From: Bdellovibrio sp. ZAP7
GTDB taxonomy: Bacteria; Bdellovibrionota; FAC87; UBA2466
Reading direction: 5' to 3'
DNA: 64,000 nucleotides
Assembly (NCBI GenBank): GCA_945878405.1
Contig: CAMCTJ010000001.1
Location: 70,304 to 134,303, forward strand
Shown here: positions 28,050 to 38,133 of the stretch, piece after piece
Layout of the letters: each line of letters begins with the position of its first letter
How positions within the stretch are numbered: position 1 is the first letter of the stretch
Translations under genes and position numbers: made by a program
Notes under the pieces: generated by a model
What the model was told of the DNA's origin: nothing
Seen by the model: only the letters and a program-made list of their open reading frames with translations
Database searches by the model: none

Positions 28050-29438
28050 ATGAGCGCTTCAGATCACGGCCCAAATACTGACTACTTTCTGGGAGTTGAG
28101 GGCGAACAGACTGGCCCCTACTCTGAAGCAGATCTTATTAGCCAAATTTCAAAGGGAATTCTTTCTCAAGACACTTTAATTTGGTGGGAAGGCCAAAGCG
28201 ATTGGGAGCGCATTGGCGATATTTATAAATTTAAGGATTTGTTCGGGGCTCCCTCCAAAACGGCTCCGAAAGTTACTACGAGCACAAAAAGCCCTTCTCT
28301 TGAGGATTATACTTCGGGAGGCTCTCACCCCTCTTTAGATTGGATAGCTACTTTTGCGCGAACGGGAAAAGAGCCCATTCCAGTATATGACTCTAAAGAA
28401 GGTTATTTTAAACATGAAAAGGCCATTCCCGTAAAATCCGCCGTGTTGGCCCTAGCAATCTGTTTGGTTGGCTTTGGGGTTTGGGCGGTCTTAAAATTTA
28501 CAGGCCCTTCTGAGCGCAAATCGACCAAAAAACAGATCGCCCCGAAAGAACAAGCACTTCAAAAAAGAAGACAACTTTTGGCTCAAGCCACCAGCCAGCT
28601 GCTGTTGAATCCCAGCACTTCAATTCAGCAACTCAACGAATTGATTAATCAGAACCCAAAAGATAATGAAGGCAAAGAAGCTGCTGAAGCGTTACTCAAC
28701 TATTACCGACAAAACAAGCAAATGGAATCGGCTGGAGATTTGCTGAGCAAATTGGAGCGCTACTCCGATGCAGCTAAAGCTTATTCTTCAGATCCCCGAT
28801 TAGCGTTAAAGACGGAAACAGCCCTATTTAAGGCGTTTCAGGGAAGCTCGGGAAAAGAAAGCGCTGACTTTCTTCTTGAAGATATTCGCTTGCTGATTAA
28901 ACCCCTCGACAGACTAGACCTGGCAAAAGACAGAATCGCTCTTTTCGAAAAAACCTTTCCTGGGCTCACACACCCCTATAGCTATTATCAGATTCCCTTG
29001 GACCAACAGATTACAAACATTTTCACCAGGCTCTCCTCGTCCCTTGTGGGGATGCTAACTAAACATATTTCTGATGAATTTCCTCAAATCACATTGGCTA
29101 GTCGCCCCTTGGTAGAAATAAAAAGAAATTCTGCAGGCGGATTGCGAATTATCGGTCGCTATAACGGAGATCTGATACTTCGAAGTGATCGAGTAAAGGG
29201 AATTTTCTTTCTGTACTGGCTTGTCGAAAACCAGTGGCTTTTGGTGGATACCAATCTGACTACTGATAGACAACGTTTTGCGGCGGCTACTCGAAAAAAA
29301 TATGAGGGCGCAGTTCTACAACCTGGACAAATGCTTAACTTCCTTGAAGGTCAATTTAAACAGCTCTACCCCAACCAGGGACTCCATGAAATGATATTAA
29401 CCGAGCCCAAAGCAACCAAATCTCCGTCAGGAGATTAA
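28050..29438 (+). CDS. GYF_2 (DUF4339) domain membrane protein with TPR-like C-terminal region
   Basis: GEQTGPYS...TLIWWEGQSDW; single TM near residue 130-150. Confidence 0.75.
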   Translation: MSASDHGPNTDYFLGVEGEQTGPYSEADLISQISKGILSQDTLIWWEGQSDWERIGDIYKFKDLFGAPSKTAPKVTTSTKSPSLEDYTSGGSHPSLDWIATFARTGKEPIPVYDSKEGYFKHEKAIPVKSAVLALAICLVGFGVWAVLKFTGPSERKSTKKQIAPKEQALQKRRQLLAQATSQLLLNPSTSIQQLNELINQNPKDNEGKEAAEALLNYYRQNKQMESAGDLLSKLERYSDAAKAYSSDPRLALKTETALFKAFQGSSGKESADFLLEDIRLLIKPLDRLDLAKDRIALFEKTFPGLTHPYSYYQIPLDQQITNIFTRLSSSLVGMLTKHISDEFPQITLASRPLVEIKRNSAGGLRIIGRYNGDLILRSDRVKGIFFLYWLVENQWLLVDTNLTTDRQRFAAATRKKYEGAVLQPGQMLNFLEGQFKQLYPNQGLHEMILTEPKATKSPSGD

Positions 29439-29451
29439 TTCCTAATTACGA

Positions 29452-31941
29452 ATGTTGAACGCTCTCTACGAATTCATCGACAAGCTCTGGCAGAAATTAT
29501 CCAATCTCATCTTTGTCCGCTTTGCATTTGATATTCCGGTGGATTCTTTTCCCCAGGTTAAGAAGACACGAAAATTAGTTTTCTGTTTAACCCATGGCGG
29601 GCTTATTGAGTGGTTGATCCTATCTAGTTGGTGTCGAAAAAATGGGTTGGGTGCCATTCTTGTAGCTAACAGAAAGAGGATTCTTTTCTTATCAAAACCT
29701 CTTTATTTTCTTCAGACTATTTTTACAAAACGAACTCTTTCTGACCTTTTTCTTTCACAAGAGCAAGGACCACGCCTCATTTTTTGCCCTCCCGGTGAAC
29801 GTAAAGAGCTGTTTAAGCCAACCGAAACTGAAGGGCTAATCGCGGATCTTTATAACTTTGAGAAACAATCTGGGGAAGAAATGTGTTTTGTCTTTATCCC
29901 AGTTTTTATTTGCTGGAGAAAGCACTTAAGGGGAACCTCTCGTCAGTTAAGCGAGTACTTTCTCGGGTTAAGTTCTCGACCCAATTTTTTTGGAAAGATT
30001 TGGTACCTGGCACGCAAGCGCACAGATAGCACAGTGAGAGCTCTGACCCCGATTCTTTTTTCAGCGACAGACCCCACTGACATATCAGACGATATCGATG
30101 GGATTGATGCCACACGTATGGCACGCATGGTGCGTAGAAAAGTGCTGGTTGAGATAAGTCAGGAAATGCGAGTAGTGCTTGGGCCTCGTTATTTCTCCCC
30201 GTACTTGATTAAAGAAAACATCATGCGAGATCCCCAGATCCTGCAGCTCGTAGATCAAATCTCCAAAGACAACAACACCGATAAGAGAAAAGTCATGGGG
30301 CAGGCTTATACTTTTCTTACCGAAATTGCTGCTAATTACACTTTTCGGTTTGTAGAAGTGATGTATGGTGTTCTCACTTGGCTCTTTGGAAAGATTTTTG
30401 AAGACGTCGTTGTCGACCCGAACCAAGTTCAATCACTCCGTGAAACATTAAAAACTCGCTCCGCAGTTTTTGTCTCTTGTCATCGAAGTCACTTAGATTA
30501 CATGGTGGTTCCTGGAGTGCTGTTTGTTCAAGATATCGTAACTCCTCATATTGCGGCTGGGGTTAACTTATCCTTTTGGCCAGTGGGGCCTTTCCTCCGG
30601 ATGGGTGGAGCATTTTTTATTCGCCGATCTTTTCGAGGTGAACCCCTCTATGCCCTTTGCCTTCAGAAATACATCGATTGGCTAATCAAAAATCGTATTA
30701 ACATCAAATTTTTCATCGAAGGCACACGCAGTCGAACCGGGAAAATGTTGCCTCCGGCTTATGGGCTTTTGAAAATGGTTTTAAACCCCTTCCAACAAGG
30801 TCAAATAGAAGATCTCGCATTGATTCCCATTTCAATTTCCTATGACGAGGTTCTTGAAGAAAAATCCTACGGTAAAGAGCTAGCTGGTGCTCAAAAGGAA
30901 AAAGAATCCGCGAAGGGATTGGTTCAATCACGAAAGCTATTTCAACGAAACATTGGAAAAGTTTACGTGCGTTTTGCCCCTGGGATTTCTGTTAAAGGGG
31001 AGACTCAACTGGGAACTGATCAAGGGCTCGATTCAGCGCTCATGCTCCAAAAGCTGGCATTTCAGATTTGCAAATCAATTAACGACGTTACTCCTGTAAC
31101 ACCAAAGTCTATCTTGGCGAGCGTTCTTTTATCTCATGAACGGAACTCGCTAAGCCTGGAGGAGATCCTCAGAGCCTCTCACTTACTCGGGCGTTACGCT
31201 ACTTGGTCCCGCGTAGAACTCAGCTGCGGGGATGAGCCAGAACAGTTAAAGAGAGCCGTAGAGAGCAATGTAAAAAAGCTTTTGGGAAACCAGACTCTCC
31301 AATCAGAAACAACTGTTCCTGTTCGATACTTTTTAGAGGAACGCAAACGTATCAATATGGTTTTTTATAAAAATAATGCCATTCACTGCTTTGTTATCCC
31401 GAGTATTACTAGCCTCTCAATGGCCAGATCCCAAAGCCAACAACGGGATCAGATCCTAAAACACGCCTTTACCTTGAGAAACATTTTCAAGTTTGAGTTC
31501 TTTTTTAGTCCCTCAAGTACTTTTAGTGACGAGATCAGCCGAAATATTGATTACTTAAACCAGCCGGTTTTCACTGGCGATCACTCGGTTTTCCTGAGGC
31601 TTAATCGGGATCTTATTGAAAGTTATCTCATTGCATTTGAAACCATCCAGAAGGAAGCCATTGGCGAACAGGAAGTCAAAACGGCTTTACAGAAAGTCGT
31701 GCGAGGAGCAGTTTTACGGGTCGAAGAAAACAAAGGCTTTGCGACTGAGTGTGTTTCTACACAGAATTTCACCAATGCGTTTAAGTTAATGGAAAATATC
31801 GGGCTTCTTGAGTTTAAGCGCGATTCAGAACAAGTTTTGATCTTTCTAAAGCCCTGGAATGAGGAAGCTTCCTCTATCTTAACTGAACTACGGGCTTTCT
31901 ACGCCACACTCATGAATCCACCCGGCAGGAAGAATAATTAA
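29452..31941 (+). CDS. plsB: glycerol-3-phosphate acyltransferase PlsB family
   Basis: CHRSHLDY, GAFFIRRSF, FIEGTRSRTGK. Confidence 0.88.
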   Translation: MLNALYEFIDKLWQKLSNLIFVRFAFDIPVDSFPQVKKTRKLVFCLTHGGLIEWLILSSWCRKNGLGAILVANRKRILFLSKPLYFLQTIFTKRTLSDLFLSQEQGPRLIFCPPGERKELFKPTETEGLIADLYNFEKQSGEEMCFVFIPVFICWRKHLRGTSRQLSEYFLGLSSRPNFFGKIWYLARKRTDSTVRALTPILFSATDPTDISDDIDGIDATRMARMVRRKVLVEISQEMRVVLGPRYFSPYLIKENIMRDPQILQLVDQISKDNNTDKRKVMGQAYTFLTEIAANYTFRFVEVMYGVLTWLFGKIFEDVVVDPNQVQSLRETLKTRSAVFVSCHRSHLDYMVVPGVLFVQDIVTPHIAAGVNLSFWPVGPFLRMGGAFFIRRSFRGEPLYALCLQKYIDWLIKNRINIKFFIEGTRSRTGKMLPPAYGLLKMVLNPFQQGQIEDLALIPISISYDEVLEEKSYGKELAGAQKEKESAKGLVQSRKLFQRNIGKVYVRFAPGISVKGETQLGTDQGLDSALMLQKLAFQICKSINDVTPVTPKSILASVLLSHERNSLSLEEILRASHLLGRYATWSRVELSCGDEPEQLKRAVESNVKKLLGNQTLQSETTVPVRYFLEERKRINMVFYKNNAIHCFVIPSITSLSMARSQSQQRDQILKHAFTLRNIFKFEFFFSPSSTFSDEISRNIDYLNQPVFTGDHSVFLRLNRDLIESYLIAFETIQKEAIGEQEVKTALQKVVRGAVLRVEENKGFATECVSTQNFTNAFKLMENIGLLEFKRDSEQVLIFLKPWNEEASSILTELRAFYATLMNPPGRKNN

Positions 31942-33062
31942 GCAGCCTGGTTTTGTGATCCTGGGGGATTTTGTTTTTTATGGAACATCTCTTTTGGAAA
32001 AGGGAGCTGATTTACCTCTATTTCCCTCATAAAACTCGGTAGGTTTCCCGTGGGGTTTAGAATTCCTAGAACTTTTCCGTCTTTGTCTCGGCCCCACTGC
32101 TCGAAAAGATAAATATCATTAGTTTGATAGTTTCCCTGAAGGTCCATCCCCAAACATTCTGAAATATGGGTTACTTTTCTGGATCCGTCTTGAAGACGAG
32201 AAAGCTGAAGGACAACTTGAATCGCAGATGACACTTGAGCTCGGACCGCCTGAACGGGCACTTCTGAATCCGTCATAAGGGCTAATGTTTCAAGACGCGT
32301 TAAACATTCTTTGGGATTATTTGAGTGGACGGTTCCCATAGAACCCGAATGTCCTGTGTTCATCGAACTGATCAGGTCGAGAGCTTCCCCACCTCGTACC
32401 TCTCCCACAATCACTCTATCGGGTCGCAACCTAAGTGATGACTTCACCAGATCTCTCAGGGTTACAGTACCCTTTCCATACTCGTTCGCTGGTCGACCCT
32501 CAAAATAAACGACATGCTTGTTGTGAATCCTTAATTCCGAGGAATCCTCAAGCACCACAATACGCTGTTCGGGCTGACATCGGCTCGCCAGAATATTTAA
32601 AATGGTGGTCTTTCCGGAGCCCGTGCCTCCAGAAACGATGATATTTTTTTTCAGATAAAGACAGACATCGATGAATCGAGCTGCATCGGGAGTAAGCGCT
32701 CCACGTGAAATCAGATCTTTAAGCTCCAATTTATTCTTGGAAAACTTTCGAATACAAACGGTCGTTCCGTTCTTTGCCACCGGAGGAACAACAGCATGAA
32801 TTCGAGATCCGTCCGGCAAACGGGCATCTAGAAAAGGGGCTTCTTCCGAAATAGGTCGCCCAACATATTGGGAGATGTTTCTGACAGCAGCCATAAGAGC
32901 CTGCTCATCCTCAAATTTTGCTTCCACCATTTCTACTTGTCCTGCTCGCTCAATGAATATTTGTTTCGGTCCATTGATCATAATTTCTGTCACAGAATCG
33001 TCTTTGAGATATTGTGCAACGGGACCTAGGAAAACCTGGACTGATGTTTCGAAAACTGACAT
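31938..33062 (-). CDS. cpaF: CpaF/TadA pilus assembly ATPase
   Basis: DARLPDGSR, GGTGSGKTT, LRLRPDRVIVGEVRG, MNTGH; start moved to ATG 33062 (track 33104). Confidence 0.92.
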   Translation of the reverse strand: MSVFETSVQVFLGPVAQYLKDDSVTEIMINGPKQIFIERAGQVEMVEAKFEDEQALMAAVRNISQYVGRPISEEAPFLDARLPDGSRIHAVVPPVAKNGTTVCIRKFSKNKLELKDLISRGALTPDAARFIDVCLYLKKNIIVSGGTGSGKTTILNILASRCQPEQRIVVLEDSSELRIHNKHVVYFEGRPANEYGKGTVTLRDLVKSSLRLRPDRVIVGEVRGGEALDLISSMNTGHSGSMGTVHSNNPKECLTRLETLALMTDSEVPVQAVRAQVSSAIQVVLQLSRLQDGSRKVTHISECLGMDLQGNYQTNDIYLFEQWGRDKDGKVLGILNPTGNLPSFMREIEVNQLPFPKEMFHKKQNPPGSQNQAA

Positions 33063-33075
33063 GTGGTGGCTCTTT

Positions 33076-33888
33076 CTACTCGACTTTGATTTCGCCTCGA
33101 GCACCGCTCAAAGCATCGTAATATTCATAAACCCCTGGCTCTGCATCGAATTCAATCTCCGTGACTTTGGAAGTACCGACTTCGCGGTATTCTTCCACGG
33201 ACTTACTGTCTGATTGACTTGCTATCCAGCGTTGGATTCTTGGCTTAACAAAAACTAGAGCTGCTGGCTTGGCACCGGTAGTAACAAATAGAAGCCGGTT
33301 TTTGTTTCCGTTTTGTTTCATCCGAATGACAGAGGGGAAAAACTGTTCTCCAGATAAGATAATCGAATAATCGGTCACTCCAGGCAAAGCTACCATTTCC
33401 GATTTTACTAGTTCGGGCTTAGGCTCTGGTGGGCCAGCAACTTCTGTCGCTGCTGGCATTGCTTCCGCGACTGGCACCGGCGGCTCTACTGGAGCCACTG
33501 AAACAGCTGGCGCTGCTGGGACTTCAGAAACTTTTACTTCTTTTTCTTCGACAACTGGTTTTTCCTCAACCGGAGCTTCTGAAATTTTTATTTCCATTTC
33601 CTCAACAGCAGGCATTTCGGGTACGGGCGCTACCGTTACTGGTTCAACGATTTGTGGGGTTGGCTCAACTATCTGAACGGGAGCCTCCTCGACCGCGGGT
33701 GCGACAGCTTCAGGGGCGCTAGCTGGTTGACGCTCCTCAGGAGGTGCCTCCACATAGGTTGAAGGATCCAAAAGTAGAGAAGGATCCTCATTATATTTAT
33801 CAAGAAGTTCAGACTCAGAAGAACCGGCATAGCAAGGCTGCACTAACAAGAGCCCAATCATTCCAAGTAAAATAGGTGACTTAAGCAT
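33076..33888 (-). CDS. secreted protein with Pro/Glu/Ala-rich linker and C-terminal cupredoxin-like domain
   Basis: Start moved to ATG 33888 (GAGGG SD, signal peptide); FFPSVIRM...PGVYEYY...RGEIKVE. Confidence 0.6.
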   Translation of the reverse strand: MLKSPILLGMIGLLLVQPCYAGSSESELLDKYNEDPSLLLDPSTYVEAPPEERQPASAPEAVAPAVEEAPVQIVEPTPQIVEPVTVAPVPEMPAVEEMEIKISEAPVEEKPVVEEKEVKVSEVPAAPAVSVAPVEPPVPVAEAMPAATEVAGPPEPKPELVKSEMVALPGVTDYSIILSGEQFFPSVIRMKQNGNKNRLLFVTTGAKPAALVFVKPRIQRWIASQSDSKSVEEYREVGTSKVTEIEFDAEPGVYEYYDALSGARGEIKVE

Positions 33889-33905
33889 AGTTCCCTCAAC
33901 TCTCC

Positions 33906-33932
33906 TTATCGACCAGTTTGAGCCGGCGCCTA
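33906..33932 (-). promoter_or_regulatory. possible sigma28 promoter
   Basis: TAGG-N15-GTCGATAA on the minus strand; good -10, weak -35. Confidence 0.4.
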
Positions 33933-34069
33933 AACAAAATGTCTTCAATGTGTAAAGCTATGGCCGCGGTGTTTAAAACTTAGCGAAAATCGAGAGTGTA
34001 TTCAGAAAGAACACTGTTGCAACCATTTGTTTTTATTGGAATATTATGCTCTGGCTCAGGGGGCGACTT

Positions 34070-34085
34070 TGGCAGACTTTCTGCA
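34070..34085 (+). promoter_or_regulatory. putative sigma54 promoter
   Basis: TGGCAG-ACTTT-CTGCA (GG-N10-GC), 14 nt before ATG 34100. Confidence 0.6.
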
Positions 34086-34099
34086 ACCAGAATAAGCCA

Positions 34100-34738
34100 A
34101 TGAAGTTTCCTTTTCACAATTTAATGGCTTTGCTGCTCCTCGGTCATTTGGCTCTAGCCAATGAATCAGTCACACCCGAAGAACGGAAAGCAGAATTTGC
34201 AAAGCCTCGAGGATTGTCAAAGTCATCGTCCTCAAGCCCCTCAAGTTCTTCAGGTGGCCGAACAAATAGTGCTCAACCCTCTCCGATGGCGGCTTCAGTC
34301 GCAGATGTTTACAGCAAAATGGGGGAAAGTTTTTCTAAAGAGATCGCTACGCTGGGCAAAAATTTTTCACTTCCAAAGATTCAAGAAGAACCCAGTTACC
34401 TTGAGGAATTAGGAAAAGCTAGTAAGAGCCTTGATTCTACAAGTGACCCAACTGACGGTTCCGGTTCTTCATTGATCGCTCAATATACCGAAGCCTTCAT
34501 TGCCACTCTTCAAGAGCTTACGCAAATGCAGATTGAATTTGAGATTTCGAAAACGAACCGAGAAATAAAAACCTTAAAAGAAAAATCCCCAAACCATACG
34601 CCCTCAGTGCAGAATAGTATCTCCCCCTCGCCCATCTCTCTTCGAACGAGAATCAGTAGTCCCCAAGGAAAGGGCAAAGGTCTCTTTCCAAGTGAGCTCG
34701 ATGCCCTTAGCGCAAAAGCTTATAACCCACCCAAGTGA
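34100..34738 (+). CDS. secreted Ser-rich low-complexity hypothetical protein
   Basis: Start moved to ATG 34100 (signal peptide ending ALA). Confidence 0.6.
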   Translation: MKFPFHNLMALLLLGHLALANESVTPEERKAEFAKPRGLSKSSSSSPSSSSGGRTNSAQPSPMAASVADVYSKMGESFSKEIATLGKNFSLPKIQEEPSYLEELGKASKSLDSTSDPTDGSGSSLIAQYTEAFIATLQELTQMQIEFEISKTNREIKTLKEKSPNHTPSVQNSISPSPISLRTRISSPQGKGKGLFPSELDALSAKAYNPPK

Positions 34739-36054
34739 TTTCCTGACATCCAAGTATGAAGATCCCGCTGGGAACGTAAAGCGTAGCGAGCGTACTTAGC
34801 TTTTTTGTCCTTTTTTCCGGTGAAGTCGTCTGGAGGAAGAAGCCCCATATTTACGTTTGATGGTTGAAAGTCTTTCCGATTGGAATCCGTAATGGAACCG
34901 AGAAGCGCCCCTAACATCGTTGTTATCGGTAGAACCAGCAAATCAGATCCCTGAATAAGTCGAGCTGCATTCATTCCCGCCAAAAGCCCGCCAGCCGAAG
35001 ACTCCAGATATCCTTCAGTTCCAGTCAATTGGCCCGCAATGAAAACACGCAAGTGTTGCTTCAGTTGGAGCGTGGGAAGCAAATGCTGGGGGGAATCGAT
35101 AAAAGTATTTCGGTGCATAGAACCTAATCGAAGAAACTCTGCCTCCTGAAGCCCGGGTAAGGTTCTAAAAATTCTTTCTTGTTCTTTGTACCTAAGCTTA
35201 GTTTGAAACCCTACAAGGTTATAAGCTGTTCGAAAGCGGTTTTCAGCCCGAAGTTGGATAACGGCATAGGGCATTTTTCCAGTTTTGGGATCGGGTAAAC
35301 CCACTGGCTTCATGGGACCAAAAGCCAGAGTTCTAGGTCCCCGACTGGCAATGGCCTCAATGGGCATACAGCCTTCAAAATATTTTTCTTCTTCAAAATC
35401 ATGAGGAAGTACAACCTCCCCTCCTAGAATATCCTGAATAAACTGGTCATACCGTTCTTGGCTGAGTGGAATATTGAGAAAATCAGGGGTCTCACCCTTG
35501 TTATATCGATTTGCAAAAAACATCTGCGAAAGGTCCAAACTGTCAGTTGCGACAATGGGAGAAATCGCATCGTAAAAATAAAGAGACTTTGTCCCCAGAA
35601 GACTTCCCAAAGAGTTACTAAGGGAATCGGATGTGAGGGGTCCTGTTGCCAGAACGACGACTCCCTCGTTTGGTATTTCAAGGACCTCTTCTCGCTTGAT
35701 CTTAATTTTGGGATGACTCGATAAACGTTCGGTCATCATCTGAGCAAACAAATTTCTATCCACTGCCAATGAGGCTCCGGCAGGTACCGAACACTCTCGA
35801 GCAACTTCTAGAGTAAGAGAACCCATGGACCGGATCTCATCTTTGAGCATTCGGGATGCAGAGCCAGGATTATCGCTTCCAAAACTATTACTGCAGACCA
35901 ACTCACTGAATTGATCCGTTTTATGAGCCGCAGTAGGTCGAACTGGCCGCATTTCATAAAGCTCTACTTCAATTCCGTGCTGCGCTATTTGCCAGCTAGC
36001 CTCGCTTCCGGCGATTCCGGCGCCGATGACCACTACTTTTTTTTCTTGCTGCAC
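34720..36054 (-). CDS. trmFO: folate/FAD-dependent tRNA m5U54 methyltransferase
   Basis: GAGIAGSEA, ELVCSNS, YFYDAISP, YFEGCMPIE, FGPMKPVGL. Confidence 0.96.
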   Translation of the reverse strand: MQQEKKVVVIGAGIAGSEASWQIAQHGIEVELYEMRPVRPTAAHKTDQFSELVCSNSFGSDNPGSASRMLKDEIRSMGSLTLEVARECSVPAGASLAVDRNLFAQMMTERLSSHPKIKIKREEVLEIPNEGVVVLATGPLTSDSLSNSLGSLLGTKSLYFYDAISPIVATDSLDLSQMFFANRYNKGETPDFLNIPLSQERYDQFIQDILGGEVVLPHDFEEEKYFEGCMPIEAIASRGPRTLAFGPMKPVGLPDPKTGKMPYAVIQLRAENRFRTAYNLVGFQTKLRYKEQERIFRTLPGLQEAEFLRLGSMHRNTFIDSPQHLLPTLQLKQHLRVFIAGQLTGTEGYLESSAGGLLAGMNAARLIQGSDLLVLPITTMLGALLGSITDSNRKDFQPSNVNMGLLPPDDFTGKKDKKAKYARYALRSQRDLHTWMSGNHLGGL

Positions 36055-36063
36055 CGTGCCTCC

Positions 36064-36092
36064 TTGACGCTACCAGAAGGGTCTCTTACACT
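36064..36092 (+). promoter_or_regulatory. sigma70 promoter of the tol operon
   Basis: TTGACG-N17-TACACT. Confidence 0.7.
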
Positions 36093-36119
36093 AAATCCTC
36101 AAAACATTTCAAGAACATC

Positions 36120-36878
36120 ATGATTTGGACACAAATAGCATTTGCTGAAACAACAAAAGAAGCGGCTACTTCTCTTAATACGTGGGATCTGATTCTTCAG
36201 ACGGGCCCAATCGTATTTCTCGTACTGCTTTTGCTCTTATCTTTTTCCGTTCTGAGCTGGGCAATCATCTATACTAAGTGGAAGACCATAGGCCAGCTAG
36301 CAGCTCTCTCAGAAGAGTTCCTGGAAGTCTTTTGGAGTGGACGAAGCCTTGATTTTATTTACGGGGAATCCAAGAAGTTTTCTACTGCTCCGGCGGCCAA
36401 GATCTTTCAGGCCGGCTACAAAGAACTTCAAAAATTGATAGAGAGACAAAAGCAAAAAGGGGAAAAAATAACAGGCGTTAGCGATGTTTCCCAAATCATT
36501 CCGCCGGAATCCTCTATTCACAATTTGGAACGCGCTCTAAGCACTGCGAGTCGGAATGAGGTTTTGAAACTAGAAAGCTCGATGACTTTTTTAGCAACGA
36601 CCGCCAGCTCTGCTCCCTTTATCGGACTTTTTGGAACTGTTTGGGGAATCATGAGTGCTTTTCAAAACATTGGAAATCAGGGGGGCGCAAGTCTTGCAGT
36701 CGTCGCCCCTAGCATTTCGGAAGCTTTAATTGCCACTGCGGTAGGTCTTTTTGCCGCTATTCCAGCTTCGATGGGCTATAACTATTTCAACAGCAAAATC
36801 CGCAACCAAAAAGCTCAGATGGAAAATTTCGCTGGCGATTTTCTAAATATCGTAAAGAGAAATTTTTTATCTCAGTAG
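36120..36878 (+). CDS. tolQ: Tol-Pal system TolQ
   Basis: APFIGLFGTVWGIM, ISEALIATAVGLFAAIPA. Confidence 0.93.
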   Translation: MIWTQIAFAETTKEAATSLNTWDLILQTGPIVFLVLLLLLSFSVLSWAIIYTKWKTIGQLAALSEEFLEVFWSGRSLDFIYGESKKFSTAPAAKIFQAGYKELQKLIERQKQKGEKITGVSDVSQIIPPESSIHNLERALSTASRNEVLKLESSMTFLATTASSAPFIGLFGTVWGIMSAFQNIGNQGGASLAVVAPSISEALIATAVGLFAAIPASMGYNYFNSKIRNQKAQMENFAGDFLNIVKRNFLSQ

Positions 36879-36884
36879 ATAACT

Positions 36885-37319
36885 ATGGCAGGTTTTAAAA
36901 CCAGTTCAGATGATTCTCAGCCACTTTCTGAGATTAACATCACACCATTTGTAGACGTGATGTTAGTACTCTTGATTATTTTCATGGTGGCTGCCCCTCT
37001 GATGGAGTCGGGAATTTCTGTTCAACTACCCAAAGCTGCTACCAAATCCCTTCCCATGGAATCAGATCCAGTCGTTCTGACCATTACTAAAGATAAAAAG
37101 TTGTTTTTAGGAAAAGCTGAGATTTCTAGAGATTCACTTGAGAACAAGCTGAAAGAGACCTTCAAAAAACGTGAACAGAAAGAGATTTTTATTCGGGCAG
37201 ACTCTGACTTGGCCTACGGTATCGTGGCCTCAACAATGGCTTTGATCAAAAATAGTGGTGTTCACAAAATTGGGTTGATGACGGAAGTTTCGTCTCCGTC
37301 CCAGAGCAGCAAAAAATAA
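36885..37319 (+). CDS. tolR: Tol-Pal system TolR
   Basis: SEINITPFVDVMLVLLIIFMV. Confidence 0.92.
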   Translation: MAGFKTSSDDSQPLSEINITPFVDVMLVLLIIFMVAAPLMESGISVQLPKAATKSLPMESDPVVLTITKDKKLFLGKAEISRDSLENKLKETFKKREQKEIFIRADSDLAYGIVASTMALIKNSGVHKIGLMTEVSSPSQSSKK

Positions 37320-37333
37320 CTGGGCACTCTCCA

Positions 37334-38125
37334 ATGGAAATGGCCTCCCATCAATTCATTAAAATTCCAAAGCCTGCTCTGATTGGCTCGCTCTTATTTC
37401 ACTTCATTTTAGCCGGTACGGTCATTTTTATGTCGAGCACCAAGGGAATGTCTCTAGCGGACCTCCTCTTTGGTAAGAAGTCTGAGATTTCAGCGCAGTC
37501 TTTTGTGCAAGTGGATGTGGTCGGATTGCCGGACCAATTAGTGAATGAAAAGATTAATCCCCTACTTCCCGAGGTGGCTAAGCCTGAGACTTCGACTCAA
37601 AAGCCCGTCGAAACTAAAACAACCCCGAAAGACGTGATGGAAGATGCTCTTTCCAAAACCAAAAAAGAGAAGGCATCTGATAAGCTGAAAGAGAAAGAGC
37701 AGGAACGCGAGCAGGCACTTCGAGAAGCTTTAGAAGAAGCAAAGAGAGAGCAGGCGCTTAAAGGACTTCAAAACAAGGGCGGAACAAAAGGTCGAGGCAA
37801 GATCAAAGGCAATAGGTTGTCCGAAGGAACTTCGAGCTCTGGAGTCGTGGGGACCGCAAAAGATAAATATGTTGGGATACTCACTGAAAGTATCAAGCAG
37901 CAATTTAATATCTTCTCCTGGCAGCAGAAGAAGGGTCTGGTCGCTGAGGTAAAATTAATGCTTTTATCGAATGGTCGAGTGAAATGGAGAAAGATCGTAA
38001 AGCCATCCCGTGATCTGCTCTATGATTCTGCGGTTCTTCAAGCTATTGATGATGCGCAGCCCTTTCCGATTCCGGAAGATCGAGGTTTGATCGAAGATGA
38101 AATCACCATAAACTTTAAACCCTAG
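37334..38125 (+). CDS. tolA: TolA/TonB-family protein
   Basis: TM with SxxxH, Lys/Glu-rich linker, YDSAVLQAI..AQPFP; between tolR and tolB. Confidence 0.8.
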   Translation: MEMASHQFIKIPKPALIGSLLFHFILAGTVIFMSSTKGMSLADLLFGKKSEISAQSFVQVDVVGLPDQLVNEKINPLLPEVAKPETSTQKPVETKTTPKDVMEDALSKTKKEKASDKLKEKEQEREQALREALEEAKREQALKGLQNKGGTKGRGKIKGNRLSEGTSSSGVVGTAKDKYVGILTESIKQQFNIFSWQQKKGLVAEVKLMLLSNGRVKWRKIVKPSRDLLYDSAVLQAIDDAQPFPIPEDRGLIEDEITINFKP

Positions 38126-38133
38126 GAATAAAG

